64,000 nt of DNA, taken from the NCBI GenBank assembly GCA_010015805.1, contig ML978123.1, positions 806,001 to 870,000 of the forward strand, read 5' to 3'. A program made the position numbers and the translations under genes. Positions 23,459 through 35,959 of the stretch are shown here, in pieces. Numbering within the stretch: the stretch's first letter is position 1; each line of letters begins with the position of its first letter. The notes beneath the pieces are model-generated. The model ran no database searches. It was given only the letters and a program-made list of their open reading frames with translations, and had not been told where the DNA came from. Source of the DNA: Rhizodiscina lignyota (lineage: Eukaryota).

Positions 23459-26400
23459 ATGACTCCCCTGTCGCCACTCGAGCAGCAGTTCTCCCTCGAA
23501 CTGAGGGAGTTCCCGCGCCGGTACTCCAACGTATACAGTGAAGAAGCGTGTCAGGATTTCCTCCAACTCCTCTTCCGATTCCTCTGCAATGAGAACGAGC
23601 AATATCTCGGCTTGCTCTTCCCTGATGGACCTCCACCGTCCAATGAACCCTGGGTTGCCAGTGTAGCGCAAGGTGCGGTCGAGGGAACAGAATACACAGA
23701 GGCAGCAAGAGGAAAGCCGTGTGGACATATTCTCAGAAATGGGGAATGGTCATATAACTGCAAGACCTGCAGAAACGACGACACCTGCGTTCTTTGCTCG
23801 AGGTGTTTTGAAGCATCTGATCATGAAGGTCATGATGTCTTCATAAACGTGTCCGGTCAGAATGCTGGATGTTGCGACTGTGGAGATCCTGAAGCGTGGT
23901 CGAGACCTGTGCATTGCAACATCCACTCTCCCCTTCCGGAAGGTGTCTCGAAATCAGAAGGAAAAGCCAGGGAACCGCCTTCGCTGCCCGAGGACTTGCT
24001 ATTCAGCATCAAGGCTACCATCGCTCGCGCTTTGGACTATTTCTGCGATGTTTTCTCTTGTTCCCCGGAGCAACTTCGACTCCCGAAGACAGAAGAGTCT
24101 GTCAGGGAAGATGAGCGCTTATCTAGACTGTCGTCGCATTCATATGGTTCTGCTGAACCCGAAGAGCCCGACGACGAGTTCTGTCTTCTTGTCTGGAACG
24201 ACGAGAAACACACGCACGCAGATCTTGCAGAAGCAATAGCTCGTGTTGCGAAGATGAGGAGGCCGGAAGCTGCCAAATTAACCCGAAAAATTTCAGATAA
24301 CGGCAGAGTGATCATCAAGCGAACCACTGATCTCCAGTCCCTCCTGAAGAATGCAAAGGACATAGAGCGCACGAAATATTCTACGACTATTCGCTCGTCC
24401 AGGGATACATTTCGTGAGGACATGTGCGCCACCATTATCGAATGGCTCGCAGACCTTTCCGGTTGTGCTGTTGGCCCAGATACTCATGTGCTGCGCAATG
24501 CCATCTGTGAGGAGATGCTGACACCCTGGCGCGTTGGAAGCCATGCGCATCAGAAGGAAATTGCTAAAGATGGCATGTTCGACGAGGAAGAACTACAGAC
24601 CGCAGACTTGAGAGACCTAATGGGAATACCTGGAAACCGTCGTGCTCGGGGGCAAGTTGTGGTGCGACAAGCCCAACTGGCGGATCTCTCGCGTGACGAT
24701 GATGCGGAGGACGATGGCGACGACAGTGAGGAAGATATTGAAGAGGATGACGATGAAATGGAAATCGATACGACAGAAGCAAGTGACGTTCAAGATCAGG
24801 ATATGGACGACGCGCTTGAATATTCAGAAGCAACTCTCGCCGGCTATCCTCCGCCACCTCCTCCACCTGCCCCGAATACAAATCCCGGAGCCGCCGTCGC
24901 TAGTGAAGGTGTTGAGCCGCCCATAAAGGTGCCGAGGGCGCCAAAGATACATTCCAAAGCTGCCATCGTCCGTACACCGAAGTACTGGCTTGAGAAACCC
25001 CAAGGCTATGGCCGGCAAGCTGACCTACCACCGCGAGAGAATCTGTGGGACCGTGTCCGCATTGATTTCATGATCCTTTTCGATTTGAGGTTGTGGAACA
25101 AGATGCGACGCATCATGAGAAACATGTTCATTGGTACAGTGGTGAACGTCCAGGACTTCAAACGCATCCTTAGTCTGAGGTTTGCCGGACTGTACTCTCC
25201 GCTGGCACAGCTCTACCTCATAGCAGATCGCGAACCGGACTGTTCCATCATCTCTCTATCTCTCCAAATGCTTTCTACTCCATCAATCACTGGAGAAGTC
25301 ATTGAGCGCGGCAATTTTCTGGCCGTGCTCATGGCTATCATCTACACTTTCGCTTCTACTCGCCAAGTTGGTTATCCATCAGAGGTCAATCTTAATGCGA
25401 CTCTCGCATTGGAGGCTGGAATCCATTACAACCGACGTCTCCATCACTTCTTCGCGGACATGAGATTGCTTCTGGGGGGTCCACCTGCACTCGAGCGCAT
25501 TCGACAGGAAGAACGATATCTGCAGCAGTTCCTCGACTTGATCAAATTGTACCAGGGTATCGTGCCGAACGTGCGTGCCTTGGGAGACCACGTAGAATAC
25601 GAAACGGAGACCTGGTTCAATTTTTCGATCATGACCAAAGAGATCAGCAAATTATGCCGCCAGCTCTCTGAAGCTTTCGCCTGGAGACGAGGAGACGATG
25701 ACAGGGATATCTGTCGCGCTATCCGTCAGAGTGCCAAGTCTGCCATTGTGAATTCTCTCGGTTCCGAACGTCTGCGTTTTGATCAATGCGAATTGAAAGA
25801 GGACGTGCGTTTCAAGGCCCTTCCACCTTTCGAGTTCGATTGGAGTTCGTCTCCAGACACCAAAAAACTTTCCGGTTACCAAATCGTCGACTTTACGGTC
25901 GCGAAACAACCTATGAGCTTCCATCATCCTCTACACTACATGCTCTCCTGGCTGATCGAGCATGGAAGAGCGTTGACCTGTGAAAAGTTTTCTGGTCTGT
26001 TGCTCTTCTCAACGCAAGAGTTGAGATCAGCACCAACACCGCCGCGAGCGAAGATCCCAGAATATCAACCTGGCGAGCACTTACTGGCCCTTTTCGATAT
26101 GCCCTTGCGCGAATGTGCTTGGTTAGCACAGATCAAGGCAGGATGGTGGGTTAGAAACGGCAACACGCTTATCCATCAAGCCAACCAATACAAGAATGTG
26201 GGTATCCGGGATTACACGTTCCGACGAGATATCTTCATGCTCCAGACTGCTCTCTGTGTGTGTCCACCCGCCACGTTCCTTGCGTCGATAGTGGATCGAT
26301 ACTGCCTCTTAGGCTGGGTTCAAGGGGATTATAGGATTGACTCGACCATTGATGAGCCTAAAGCTCTCGCGATGGCTGAGAATTTCATCCAATTCCTCAT

Positions 26401-29400
26401 CGTGCTCCTATGCGATCGCCTTCCGTTGATACCCCAGGAGGATGAGCCAAATACGCATATCATGATGATGAGGAGGAGTATCGCTCAAGCTCTTTGCTTC
26501 AAGCCTTTGGCGCACTCTACATTGACTAGCCAACTCACCGAGAAGGTTCGCGATTCGCCGGAGCTTGAAGGCCTTTTGAAACAGATGACAAATTATCGAG
26601 CACCGGATGGGATTGACGACTCGGGAAAGTTTGAACTCAAAGCTGAGTTTATCGAGGAGATTGATCCATACGCTGCGCACTTGGATCGCAATCAGCGTGA
26701 AGAGGCTGAGAATATTTACCGAAAACATATTGCAAAGAAAACTGGCAAAGCTGCAGAGGACGTTGTCTTTGAACCAAAGCTGCCAAAGATTAGGTCAGGT
26801 GTGTTTAAGGACCTTGCCAAGTTTACGTCAACACCTCTTTTCGCTCAGATCATCTTCTACCTCCTCAATTACCTCCTTACAGCTCACAACAGGTTGAAGG
26901 AAATTTCGTCCACTCAGCTTGATGAATTCCTTCAATCTGTCCTTCACCTCACTTTAATCGCCATTCTCGAAGATGATACTCATGAGGACGTTGGCCCCGC
27001 ACAATCTTCGTTTGTTGCAAACGCAATTTCCTTGAAAGGTGGCCATGGTGCATTTAGAGGAGACCATGAAGCATTCAGACCGTTTGCTGGAGAGATGCCT
27101 CCGACAATTCTCTGCGAGCTAAATGCACTCAAACAGATGCCAGAGTTCAAGTCATCCGGGCCCAAGATAAGTCTCGTTCTGCGTCGCATGAATGAGCGGA
27201 GACCTCGTGCATTTGCGAGTTGCGTTGTTCAATACCACCTTGCCATAGACCGAATCGACACAGCCTCACCAGCGCCATCAGCCCAGCTGGATAAAGATAT
27301 CAAGAAGAAGCAGGCTATGGACAGGCAGGCGAAATTGATGGCCGAGATGAGAGCAAACCAGAACAGCTTCATGCAAAATCAACAGTTCGACATGGACGAA
27401 GCCGACGACAGTGGTGATGAGGACTTCGCCACTCCGATTGAGGACGAGCAGACAATATGGAGATACCCTACTGGCAAGTGCTTACATTGCAGAGGAGATT
27501 GCAATGATACGCGCCTCTACGGAACGTTCTCCTTCTTAGAGCAAAGCAATATCCTGCGTCAAACGCCACAGGATGATCCCGACTGGGTGGCAGAGGCTTT
27601 GAACGTTCCCGCGGCTTTGGATTGCTCTGCGGATCACATTCGACCATATGGAGTGGCTGGTCAGAACAAACGTCTCGTCCAGAAGGTATTAGCCGACGGT
27701 CAGATTGCCATGGTTGAACAACAAGTTCTTGGAAAGGGTTTCCCCCGAGATTCGGTGCTGCGAGGATGCGTTGCGGTTGGCTGCGGTCATCTTATGCACT
27801 ACACATGTTGGGAGAACTATCTCTCTTCTGTTCGGAAACGGCACACAACTCAAAATGCACGACAGCAACCCGAAAGTCTCGAGCGAGCGGAATACTCGTG
27901 CCCGTTGTGCAAGGCGAAGGGAAATGTCTTTCTGATGATACCTTGGAAGGGGAAACAAGTTTCGTACCCAGGCGCCTTAGCACCCAACACAACCTTTGAC
28001 GACTGGTTGTCTCATGAGCTTGGTGGTATTCTGGCACAGCGAAAAAAGGTCTCCAGTTCTGATATGGATCAATTCCTCAACCGTCAGGATCAGCTGTGGA
28101 AAGAATATGTCGACACTATGCTGTTTCCCTTCCTAGCTACTGAGGTCAGTGATCTTGCGAAGTCCCCATCCCATCCAGTTGCACAGCACCTGGCCCCCCA
28201 TAGGCCGTTTCAAAACTTCCCCGCGTTCATTCCTCCAGCTGTGGAAGCACAACTTCAGCAAATTGCGGAGAATAGGATTCGCAGCGGTGTGAATTTACCT
28301 TCATCGTTGCTCCTGTCATCCTTGATTGAGCTTCTCAAGAATTACCAAAATTTCCAGATTACGGCAAAGGAACTCGAGCCAAAAACAAACCCTATACCAC
28401 CGAACATTCCAAGAAACAATGCAATAGAGGACCTCCCCATAGACCCACGAGTCTTGGCCTTGTCGATCTGCGCAGTGGAGATTTCGCAGAGGGGAGTCCA
28501 ATCTGAGCATACCCTGCTGGACTCCATCTCCACTCAGACCTTGACACACTTACGAGTCCTGTCAGAGACGCTCACGTCGTCCCTAGCAGTTAATGGATTG
28601 TGCGGTATCAGTACCAATAGCACAAAACTCGCGTTTCAGCATACCCAATTCCAGCAAATGGTGCAGCTATTCTGTGGCCACAAAGAGATACACAGCACTT
28701 CGTCGCTGCCGTTCCACAACTTGACGCCGTTCCTGAACATCGAACCGTTCAGTTTCTTGGTCGATGCCTCCTTATTCCTCGTCCCGGCTATGGAGATTGA
28801 CATCCATCACGTTTTGCGGTTGTGCTATCTCGCAGAGATTGTACGTGTCATCATCTCCTATGCTTGGGTGCCACAGTCAGCGGCCGTCAACTTGGCCGTT
28901 TTCGATAACGTCCCGGCCAACGCTGATGCTGCGGCCAAGTGGCCGTGCAACGAAGCACAAGAAGAGAATTTTGCGCGCTTCATTACGAGGATTCTGCAGG
29001 ACTATGAGCTATTCGCCACGAATTCTCAGCACGCGACTACAGACCTCCTGAATCTTCTTGCTGCCAATGGGGCCGTCTTCCTTGAACGCATGCGGGCAGC
29101 GATCGCTGGATATGTCCTACCCTTCCTCCGAAAATCTGCAATTCTGATGCACGTCAAATACGGAGTCGAATTTTCCGAGTCAGGAATGTTCCTTGATCCC
29201 ACTCAATCCGAGCTGGGGAGGCTCTCGGATATACTACACCTGCCGTCTCTTAATGAGCTCGTTTCCACTTTCCTGGATAGCTCCGACTCCAGCTCTATGC
29301 TTCAATCGCTTACAGATGGCTGGATGCGACACTACACGTGGGCACAAGAAGGCAGACATCCGACTCAAGGATTAGGCGCCCCTGGACATTCCTTCTCCTT

Positions 29401-29953
29401 GAGTCATCCTGGAATATTCGAACTCATCGGTCTTCCAACCAAATTCGCGACATTGGCTGAGATTGCCGTCTCGAAGAAGTGTCCGACTACCGGCGGCGAG
29501 CTTACGGATCCTGCCATGTGCCTCTGGTGCGGCGAGATGTTGTGCGGCCAGGCAGTCTGCTGTGGCAACCAAGACGGCGACCGAAGTGCAAGGAAGGAGG
29601 GTGGTTGCATGAGGCACATGAAACAGTAAGTCAAGACATCTAAAAGCGCATTCCAAATTTCTCAATGCTAACACGCTGTCCACAGGTGCGGCCAAGTCAT
29701 CGGAGCATTCATCAACATCCGCAAATGCCAAATTCTCTTCCTGCACCGGCAGCTGGGATCGTGGTTCAATGCGCCGTATCTCGACAAGCACGGCGAGGTC
29801 GACCAGTCGCTGCGTCGCCAGCTGCAGCTGTTCCTGAGCCAGAAGCGGTGTGATATGTTCGTCCGCAACCTGTGGCTGAACCACGGCATCCCGAGCGTCA
29901 TCTCGCGCAAGCTGGAGCAGGAGATGAACACTGGAGGTTGGGACACTCTTTGA
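23459..29953 (+). CDS. UBR1: N-end-rule E3 ubiquitin ligase (N-recognin)
   Basis: UBR box (CGH...CKTC..DDTCVLC..CF...H.GH...GCCDCGDPEAW), ClpS-like WNDEKHT, GWWVRNG, split RING (CLHC...CGHLMHYTCW...CPLCK). Intron 29626-29685; last exon has APYLDKHGEVD and ends GGWDTL*. Confidence 0.96.
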
Positions 29954-30399
29954 GTTCTGAATTTTAGTTTAAGCGCCTCTTTCTTTTGTGTTTTTGAGGC
30001 CTCACTTTCTGTGCACTTTTTTTTTACGCCCAAGGGTTTCTAAACCTGAAGGATCACCTGCTGACTTTTCTTGTCTTTGAGGTCAAGACATGGCGCTTGA
30101 AAACTATCTTCGGGTGCTTCAGGTGCTGGAAGACTGGGACCTGGTTGAAATGGAATGAGGGATGGGTTTTATGGATTCACGATCGAGCATGAGCTAGCAT
30201 TTTCGGCAGTGGTTATCATGGGCGTGCATGTATTAGAAGGCTGGAATAGCTCGAGCAAATTCGAAGCTGGTATTGCAACGGTATTGAAGAGTTGTGCATC
30301 AGTCGTGATAATCGTCATAGTCCATCGAGTGAAGGGTAAACGCCAATGCCCATGCTGCATATCCCGGGTATCTGAATTTTGAAATGCGTCTGCAATCGT

Positions 30400-31851
30400 T
30401 CACTCTTCCATCCCATGGTCTCCATTGGCTGGGGTTTCTTCGGCGCGCTCTGCTCGTTCTGCATTGTCCTCCATATTGGCTTCAACCTCTTCTCCGTCCT
30501 CATCACAGAGCCAGATCCGGATGGTCTTATCCAAGCCCGCGCTCACCATCCTCTTCTCCGTCGGATGTGTGTCCACGCCCAGCACCGGTCCTTCATGACC
30601 CCTTAGCTGCTGGAGCACATCCTTCGTCACGACGTCCCAAAGTAGCATTGTTCCGTCCTCGCTACCGCTCACCACAAACGCCCACTTTGCCTCCTCTGCT
30701 TCCACATCGGCTTCCTCTTCCAGGCTCGTTTCCGCAGTGTTTCCAAAAGCGTGCTTCCCGTACACTCCGAACGCACCGCACATGCTGTACTTCTGGTTTA
30801 CGTGGCCCTGGTAGGTCTTGATGGGCCGACCATTCACGTAGTCCCACAGCCGCACGCAGCTGTCGAGCGTCCAGGCGAGCACATACTTGCCGTTTGGCGC
30901 GAATTGCACCGCAGTGACAGCGGCGTTGTCCTCGTGCACCAGGGTGCGGAGACATTGGCCGGATGCGGTGTCCCATACACGACTGGAGCGCAGAGTCAGC
31001 TATGTCTTCCACTGTGAGGATGTCACGAAAGTTAAGCAAAACTGGAGAACGTACATCAATCCATCACCGGCACAGCTAGCAATCAGGGTCCCATCCCTCA
31101 CAAAATCCACACCACTAACGGGATCTGAATGCGCCGGCAGACTCCTCATCACCCTCGCCGCCCGCACATCCCAAATGAACACCGCTTCGTCGTAACTCCC
31201 ACTAACCAGCATGTTCCCCTTGGGCGAAAACGCCAGACTGTAGATATAATTATGGTGCCCCAGCAACGGGATCGGATGCGGCTTCCCCGTCACCGCGTCC
31301 CACAGCCGAATACTCTTGTCATCGCTTCCCGACGCAATCATCTGGCTGTCCGGGCTCCATGCTATGGTTGAAACGCCGGCCAAGTGGCCTTCTAAAGTGT
31401 GCTGCAGTTTTCCTGAGTGAGAGTCCCATATCTTGACGGTGCCGTCGGCGGAGCAGGATGCGATCCAGCGGCCGTCGGGGGAGAATTTGACGGATGAGAC
31501 ACCGCGTTTATGACCGCGGAGGATGAGCTTGGGTTTGTACTTTAGTCTCGTAGGTCGTGATGGTTTGCGGCGCAGAGGAGCGACGGGAGAGTGGGCGTGA
31601 GAGTCTTGCGTTTGCGGAAGGGGAGAGCAGGATCTTGAGCGCGCATAGCTTCGCGAGCGTGTTCTGGACCTTGATCTCGATTCTATTGGTGATCGCGACC
31701 TGCGCGAACGTCGGTAGGTGGTGTCTTGATCATCTGGTGATGCTCTGCGTGGGCGCTCTGCGATTTCATATTGTGGTGAGGCTTGGGCTGGTTCGGGCTC
31801 CTCGGGCGAGGATGGGGCGCGAGATACCTTCTTGCGTGGTCTTTCAGACAT
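30400..31851 (-). CDS. SWD3: WDR5/Swd3 COMPASS WD40 subunit with Arg/Ser-rich N-terminal extension
   Basis: LRGHKRGVSSVKFSPDGRWIASCSAD, LPAHSDPVSGVDF, KTYQGHVNQKYS. Intron 31054-30983. Confidence 0.88.
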
Positions 31852-32427
31852 TCTGAGGTTTCCAATAAGTGGGTGTGAAAAGTCGAGTGTGAGGGATTCC
31901 AGCTGGTGGTAGTGAAGTCAAGGAATCCTTAGAAGACGCGCTGCGCGCGTCGCGAGGTTTCGCCGGTGACACTTATAATGTCAGGGCTATTTAGTGCCTT
32001 GTAGGGCAACACAGAAGGCAAAAGATATTAGCTTGTGTTAGAGTTCCAAGTAGGGAACTCCGGCTCTGAGTAGACTGGTACCTCTCGATCAGTTCAAAGT
32101 AACGGGAACGTTCCTTAACCTTTGCAAAACTAAAGACACAGCCAACTTCAACTTTGCTTCAGATACTCTCTACTTCTGCATGGAAGGTACTATTGGTCAG
32201 TTATGTACACTAGCGTGACATTATAACCACTCTCGCGGAGACTACATTTTCCTCCTTCAACGTCATGATCTAGCGCCGCTCCGGACGAGCCCGCCATTTT
32301 TCACAGCTTCATTTTCGTCGGTAGAAAATGTCACTCTGAGTTCGACTGAATTTCGTTGCCTATTCTGCATTTTCTGTCTTGCAATTGAGCGTTTTCATAC
32401 TCATCCATACTCTGTCTTACTACCATC

Positions 32428-33948
32428 ATGGCTTCCTCAGCCCACCCCTCCTCTTCCTCCTCCGACCCCACGATCCACGTCCTCACCCTGAATTGCTGGG
32501 GCCTCAAATACATCTCCACCCATCGGCACGCCCGCCTCGTCGAAATTGGCAACCGCATAGCCTCCGCATCTCCCCAACCGTCACTCGTCTGCCTCCAAGA
32601 ATGCTGGACGCAACAGGACTACCAGGCCATCCGCGCCGCGACATCGCACATTCTGCCCCATGGCAAGTTCTACTTCAGCGGCATCTTCGGCGGCGGTCTC
32701 GCCATCCTGTCTGCCTGGCCCATCGTCGAGAGCAGCATGTACAGATACCCCCTGAACGGCCTGCCCGCCGCGTTCTACCGCGGCGACTGGTTCGTGGGCA
32801 AAGGCGTCGCCTGCGCGCGCATCGAGATGCCCGCTGACATATTTGGGCAAGGCAAGAGTAGGATACTGGAGGTGTTCAACACGCATCTCCATGCGCCGTA
32901 CAAGCCCGAGCCGCTCGACACATACGTGTGCCACCGCACTGCGCAGGCGTGGGAGATCGCGAAGCTGATGCGCCACGCCGTCGAGCGCGGGCACTTTGTC
33001 TTGGGATGTGGGGACTTCAACATGCGGCCGGCGAGCCTGGCGCACCAGCTCATCGAGACACACTCGGGTGTGAAGGACGTCTGGCGCGTGTTGCATCCGG
33101 ACTCGTCGTTAGGGTCGGCAAACGACCAGGTGGAGAGGGAGCGGGGGAGAAAGGTTCCTAATGCCGGGTTCAACGTTACAGAGAATGGGGCAACGTGCGA
33201 TAGCGTGCTGAATACGTGGCGATGGAATAAGGGGCAGCAGAAGAGGTTAGATAAAGGCGAGGATATTACTGTTGCGCTGGACACGGAGGATCCAGGGGCG
33301 AAACGGCTCGACTACATCTTCTTCGGTGGAGGTGGTGAACGAGACGATGAGCGCGCGTGGAGCGTCGAGGCGGCGAACGTGGGGATGATGGAACGACATC
33401 CGGAGCTCAAGTGTTCTCTGAGTGACCACTTTTCTGTAGAAGCTACGTTCCGCCTATCAACTCGGCCGGCAGATACGCCTATGGCTAGCTCGACACCTTA
33501 TGGTGCTGTTCTGCCACCAGCTACTTACACGACGATTGCGGACATGATCGCAAAATACACCTCGCGCGAAGCGAAGCAGCGCCGGATACGAGTCAGTCAC
33601 TTCTTCGCGCAGTTCGCCATCTCAATTGGCTGTCTCGTCGGCGTCTGGTGGACCCCGAATTACGCGTCTTTCATTCTGATGCTGGTTTCGACCTTAGGCC
33701 TCAGCGCTGGCGTCATAGATGGACTGATGGGCTTCCTCTTTGTAAACAGCGAAATCCGCGCGCTAAAGGAATTTAACTGGGAAATAGACGCTGCAAAGCA
33801 GAGAGCTGTGCTAGTAGAAGCAGGGAAAGGTGCGCAAGAAGAGACGCTGGAAGTTGGTAAGACGGGCGCGGGCGGTCACACGCAAGGTGCTGTGGGCGAA
33901 CCAGAGGCCATGCGCGAGGATAATGGGAAGATGGAGATGGTGGTGTAA
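32428..33948 (+). CDS. ISC1: Inositol phosphosphingolipid phospholipase C / neutral sphingomyelinase
   Basis: TLNCWGLKYIS, LQECW, FNTHLHAPY, GDFN, KRLDYIF, SDHFSV, two C-terminal hydrophobic helices. Confidence 0.93.
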   Translation: MASSAHPSSSSSDPTIHVLTLNCWGLKYISTHRHARLVEIGNRIASASPQPSLVCLQECWTQQDYQAIRAATSHILPHGKFYFSGIFGGGLAILSAWPIVESSMYRYPLNGLPAAFYRGDWFVGKGVACARIEMPADIFGQGKSRILEVFNTHLHAPYKPEPLDTYVCHRTAQAWEIAKLMRHAVERGHFVLGCGDFNMRPASLAHQLIETHSGVKDVWRVLHPDSSLGSANDQVERERGRKVPNAGFNVTENGATCDSVLNTWRWNKGQQKRLDKGEDITVALDTEDPGAKRLDYIFFGGGGERDDERAWSVEAANVGMMERHPELKCSLSDHFSVEATFRLSTRPADTPMASSTPYGAVLPPATYTTIADMIAKYTSREAKQRRIRVSHFFAQFAISIGCLVGVWWTPNYASFILMLVSTLGLSAGVIDGLMGFLFVNSEIRALKEFNWEIDAAKQRAVLVEAGKGAQEETLEVGKTGAGGHTQGAVGEPEAMREDNGKMEMVV

Positions 33949-33978
33949 AGATAATGTGTAATGCTTTTCATGAATAGA

Positions 33979-35737
33979 CTACATCCATAGACAAAGCTTT
34001 CCGCTCGCCGTGCCTGCGGCTACCCAGTCCATTGATGGGTGAAATTGAGCGACAGCTGGTACGGCGGTGATGAACTCGCCGCCACCGAGTTGTGCTAATT
34101 GGTCACCTGTGGAAGCGTAGATGTCGACGAAGCGGTTCATGTTGCCGATCACGAAACGCTGGATGCCATCTTCGGGCTGGGCCTGCCATTGGGGCTTCAA
34201 ACTGCTCCATTGTCAGTTTACCGTACTGTGGATTTCGAATTGTAAGAACCGAGCTTACATGGTAACCCATCTGCCCGTCTGGTTGTTGTGCGGAATAATC
34301 GTCTTCGGCTCCATGTCCTCGTCACTCAGTCCACTGCCAACTTTCCACTTATCGCTTGCACATGCAGAAAAGTCGTAAACCTTGATCGTATCGTCGTAGC
34401 TACTCGTCGCCACCTGGCCCCTCTCATTCCAGTTCGCAGCGCTGACACTTAGCTTGTTCATATGCTCTCCTATCAATGCGGGTAACCTCGCAGAGCCCTT
34501 TCCGCTGATCTTCCTCAGATCCCACAGCTTCAATGTCCTGTCCAGAGACGCTGTCGCCACGAGATGCGGAGCAGTAGGGTGGAGTCCGAACCCGCCGATT
34601 TTCTTCTCTGACAATTGGAACTTCTGGGTACCATCCGTACCTTTCGTTCTGACATCGTGAATGCCAAAGACACCGTCGAGCGTGGAGAAGTAGAGCACGT
34701 TAGGGTCGTCTTTTGCAATTTGCACCCCTGCAATAGGCTCATCAACGCCGGCGTCTGATGGAGCGTAGACTTCTACGGCGACACCTTTGACCAAATCCAG
34801 CTTCCGGATAGAGGAGTCGTATGAGGCGCTGAAAAGGGCGTTGCTGTCGGTTGGCGAGAATTGGAAAGCACTGATAGTCCGCGTGTGCAATTTAAATGTC
34901 GTGATTGCGGGCTCAAAGTCTTCTTCCTCATCCTCGTCGTCTTCAACTTCTTTCTTAACTTCATTAGGAGTCGGGCCAGTTTGTGACGCGTCGAACAATC
35001 CAAGACTACCCATCTTGTCGCCGGCGAAGACAAGTGCTTTGTCACGGGTTGGGTGGAAGCCCATAGAATACTGCCATCATGAGCCTGTGGTCCATTTTTA
35101 GGTTCGAGAACGGATAAATGACTTACAATGCGCTCGGGGGTGATTTTGATTTCTAAATTAACGTATTAGCCCTATAGCGCCTCACGCACTTCATTATGAA
35201 CTCACTATTCGGCGTAGCGCCATCCCATAATTCTAAAGCATTCATCCTCTTCCTCAATGCCTTGATTTCTTTATCTCCCGTCTCTTCCACATCCTCAAGC
35301 TTAAACGTCCTCTCATATGGACGCGCCGGCCCCACGCCCGTCAAGAAATTCCCACTCTGGTCCCATTGTCCGCCAGTCACAATATCCCCCAATTGCAGGT
35401 CCCCGCTAATTCGCTGTCGCTTGGCTCTCTCTGCCTCTTTGAACGCCTCATGCTGCTCTTCAGCCTTGCGCTTCGCAACTTCGCTATCCGCGACAACGCC
35501 CCGCAGACGAGACGACTTGCGCAGCGGCTGCACCTCCTCTTTGACCTTCTTCGGCGCGGGTTTCTTCTTCTTTTTATCTGTGCTGCCGGTGCTGCTGCGC
35601 GCGGGCTTGGACGAGGGCGCGAGACCAGTGGATGCAGCTTCGAGCGCGAGGTTGCGTAATAGGGCTTGGTTTTTCGCAATGGTTTCTTGTCTTTTGCGCT
35701 CATAGTCGCTAACTTCGACTGCTCCTCCGCGCACCAT
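33979..35737 (-). CDS. CMR1: DNA-damage-binding WD40 protein Cmr1/WDR76
   Basis: [30 protein letters not shown] (26-nt exon 35152-35127), [33 protein letters not shown]. Introns 35205-35153, 35126-35071, 34258-34202. Confidence 0.93.
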
Positions 35738-35839
35738 GGTGAAGAATTGTGAGTAAGATGGAGTTTGAGAGATTTCAGCAGGTCAGTTAGGCGGCAATGA
35801 GGATGAGACCGAGGGAGGGGTGGGAGTCAATTTAAGTAA

Positions 35840-35876
35840 GCGCGTCATGAGCTCACGCGTTTTTGGCGTCTCGCGT
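35840..35876. promoter_or_regulatory. MCB-like (ACGCGT/CGCGT) cluster in the CMR1 / MTF2-like divergent promoter
   Basis: GCGCGT at 35840, perfect ACGCGT at 35855-35860, TCGCGT at 35871. Confidence 0.5.
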
Positions 35877-35959
35877 TGTCCCGTGCTCTGAAATTGTGAG
35901 ATCCCTGCAACCATTTCACGTCCACTTGCGACGCTCATATATTGAGACTGCCGAGGAAA

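Noticed and set aside
2151..35737. Apparent cluster of chromatin genes (SPT3, MYST, SWD3, CMR1)
   Set aside because: Spread over 33 kb among unrelated genes; no sign of a functional cluster.
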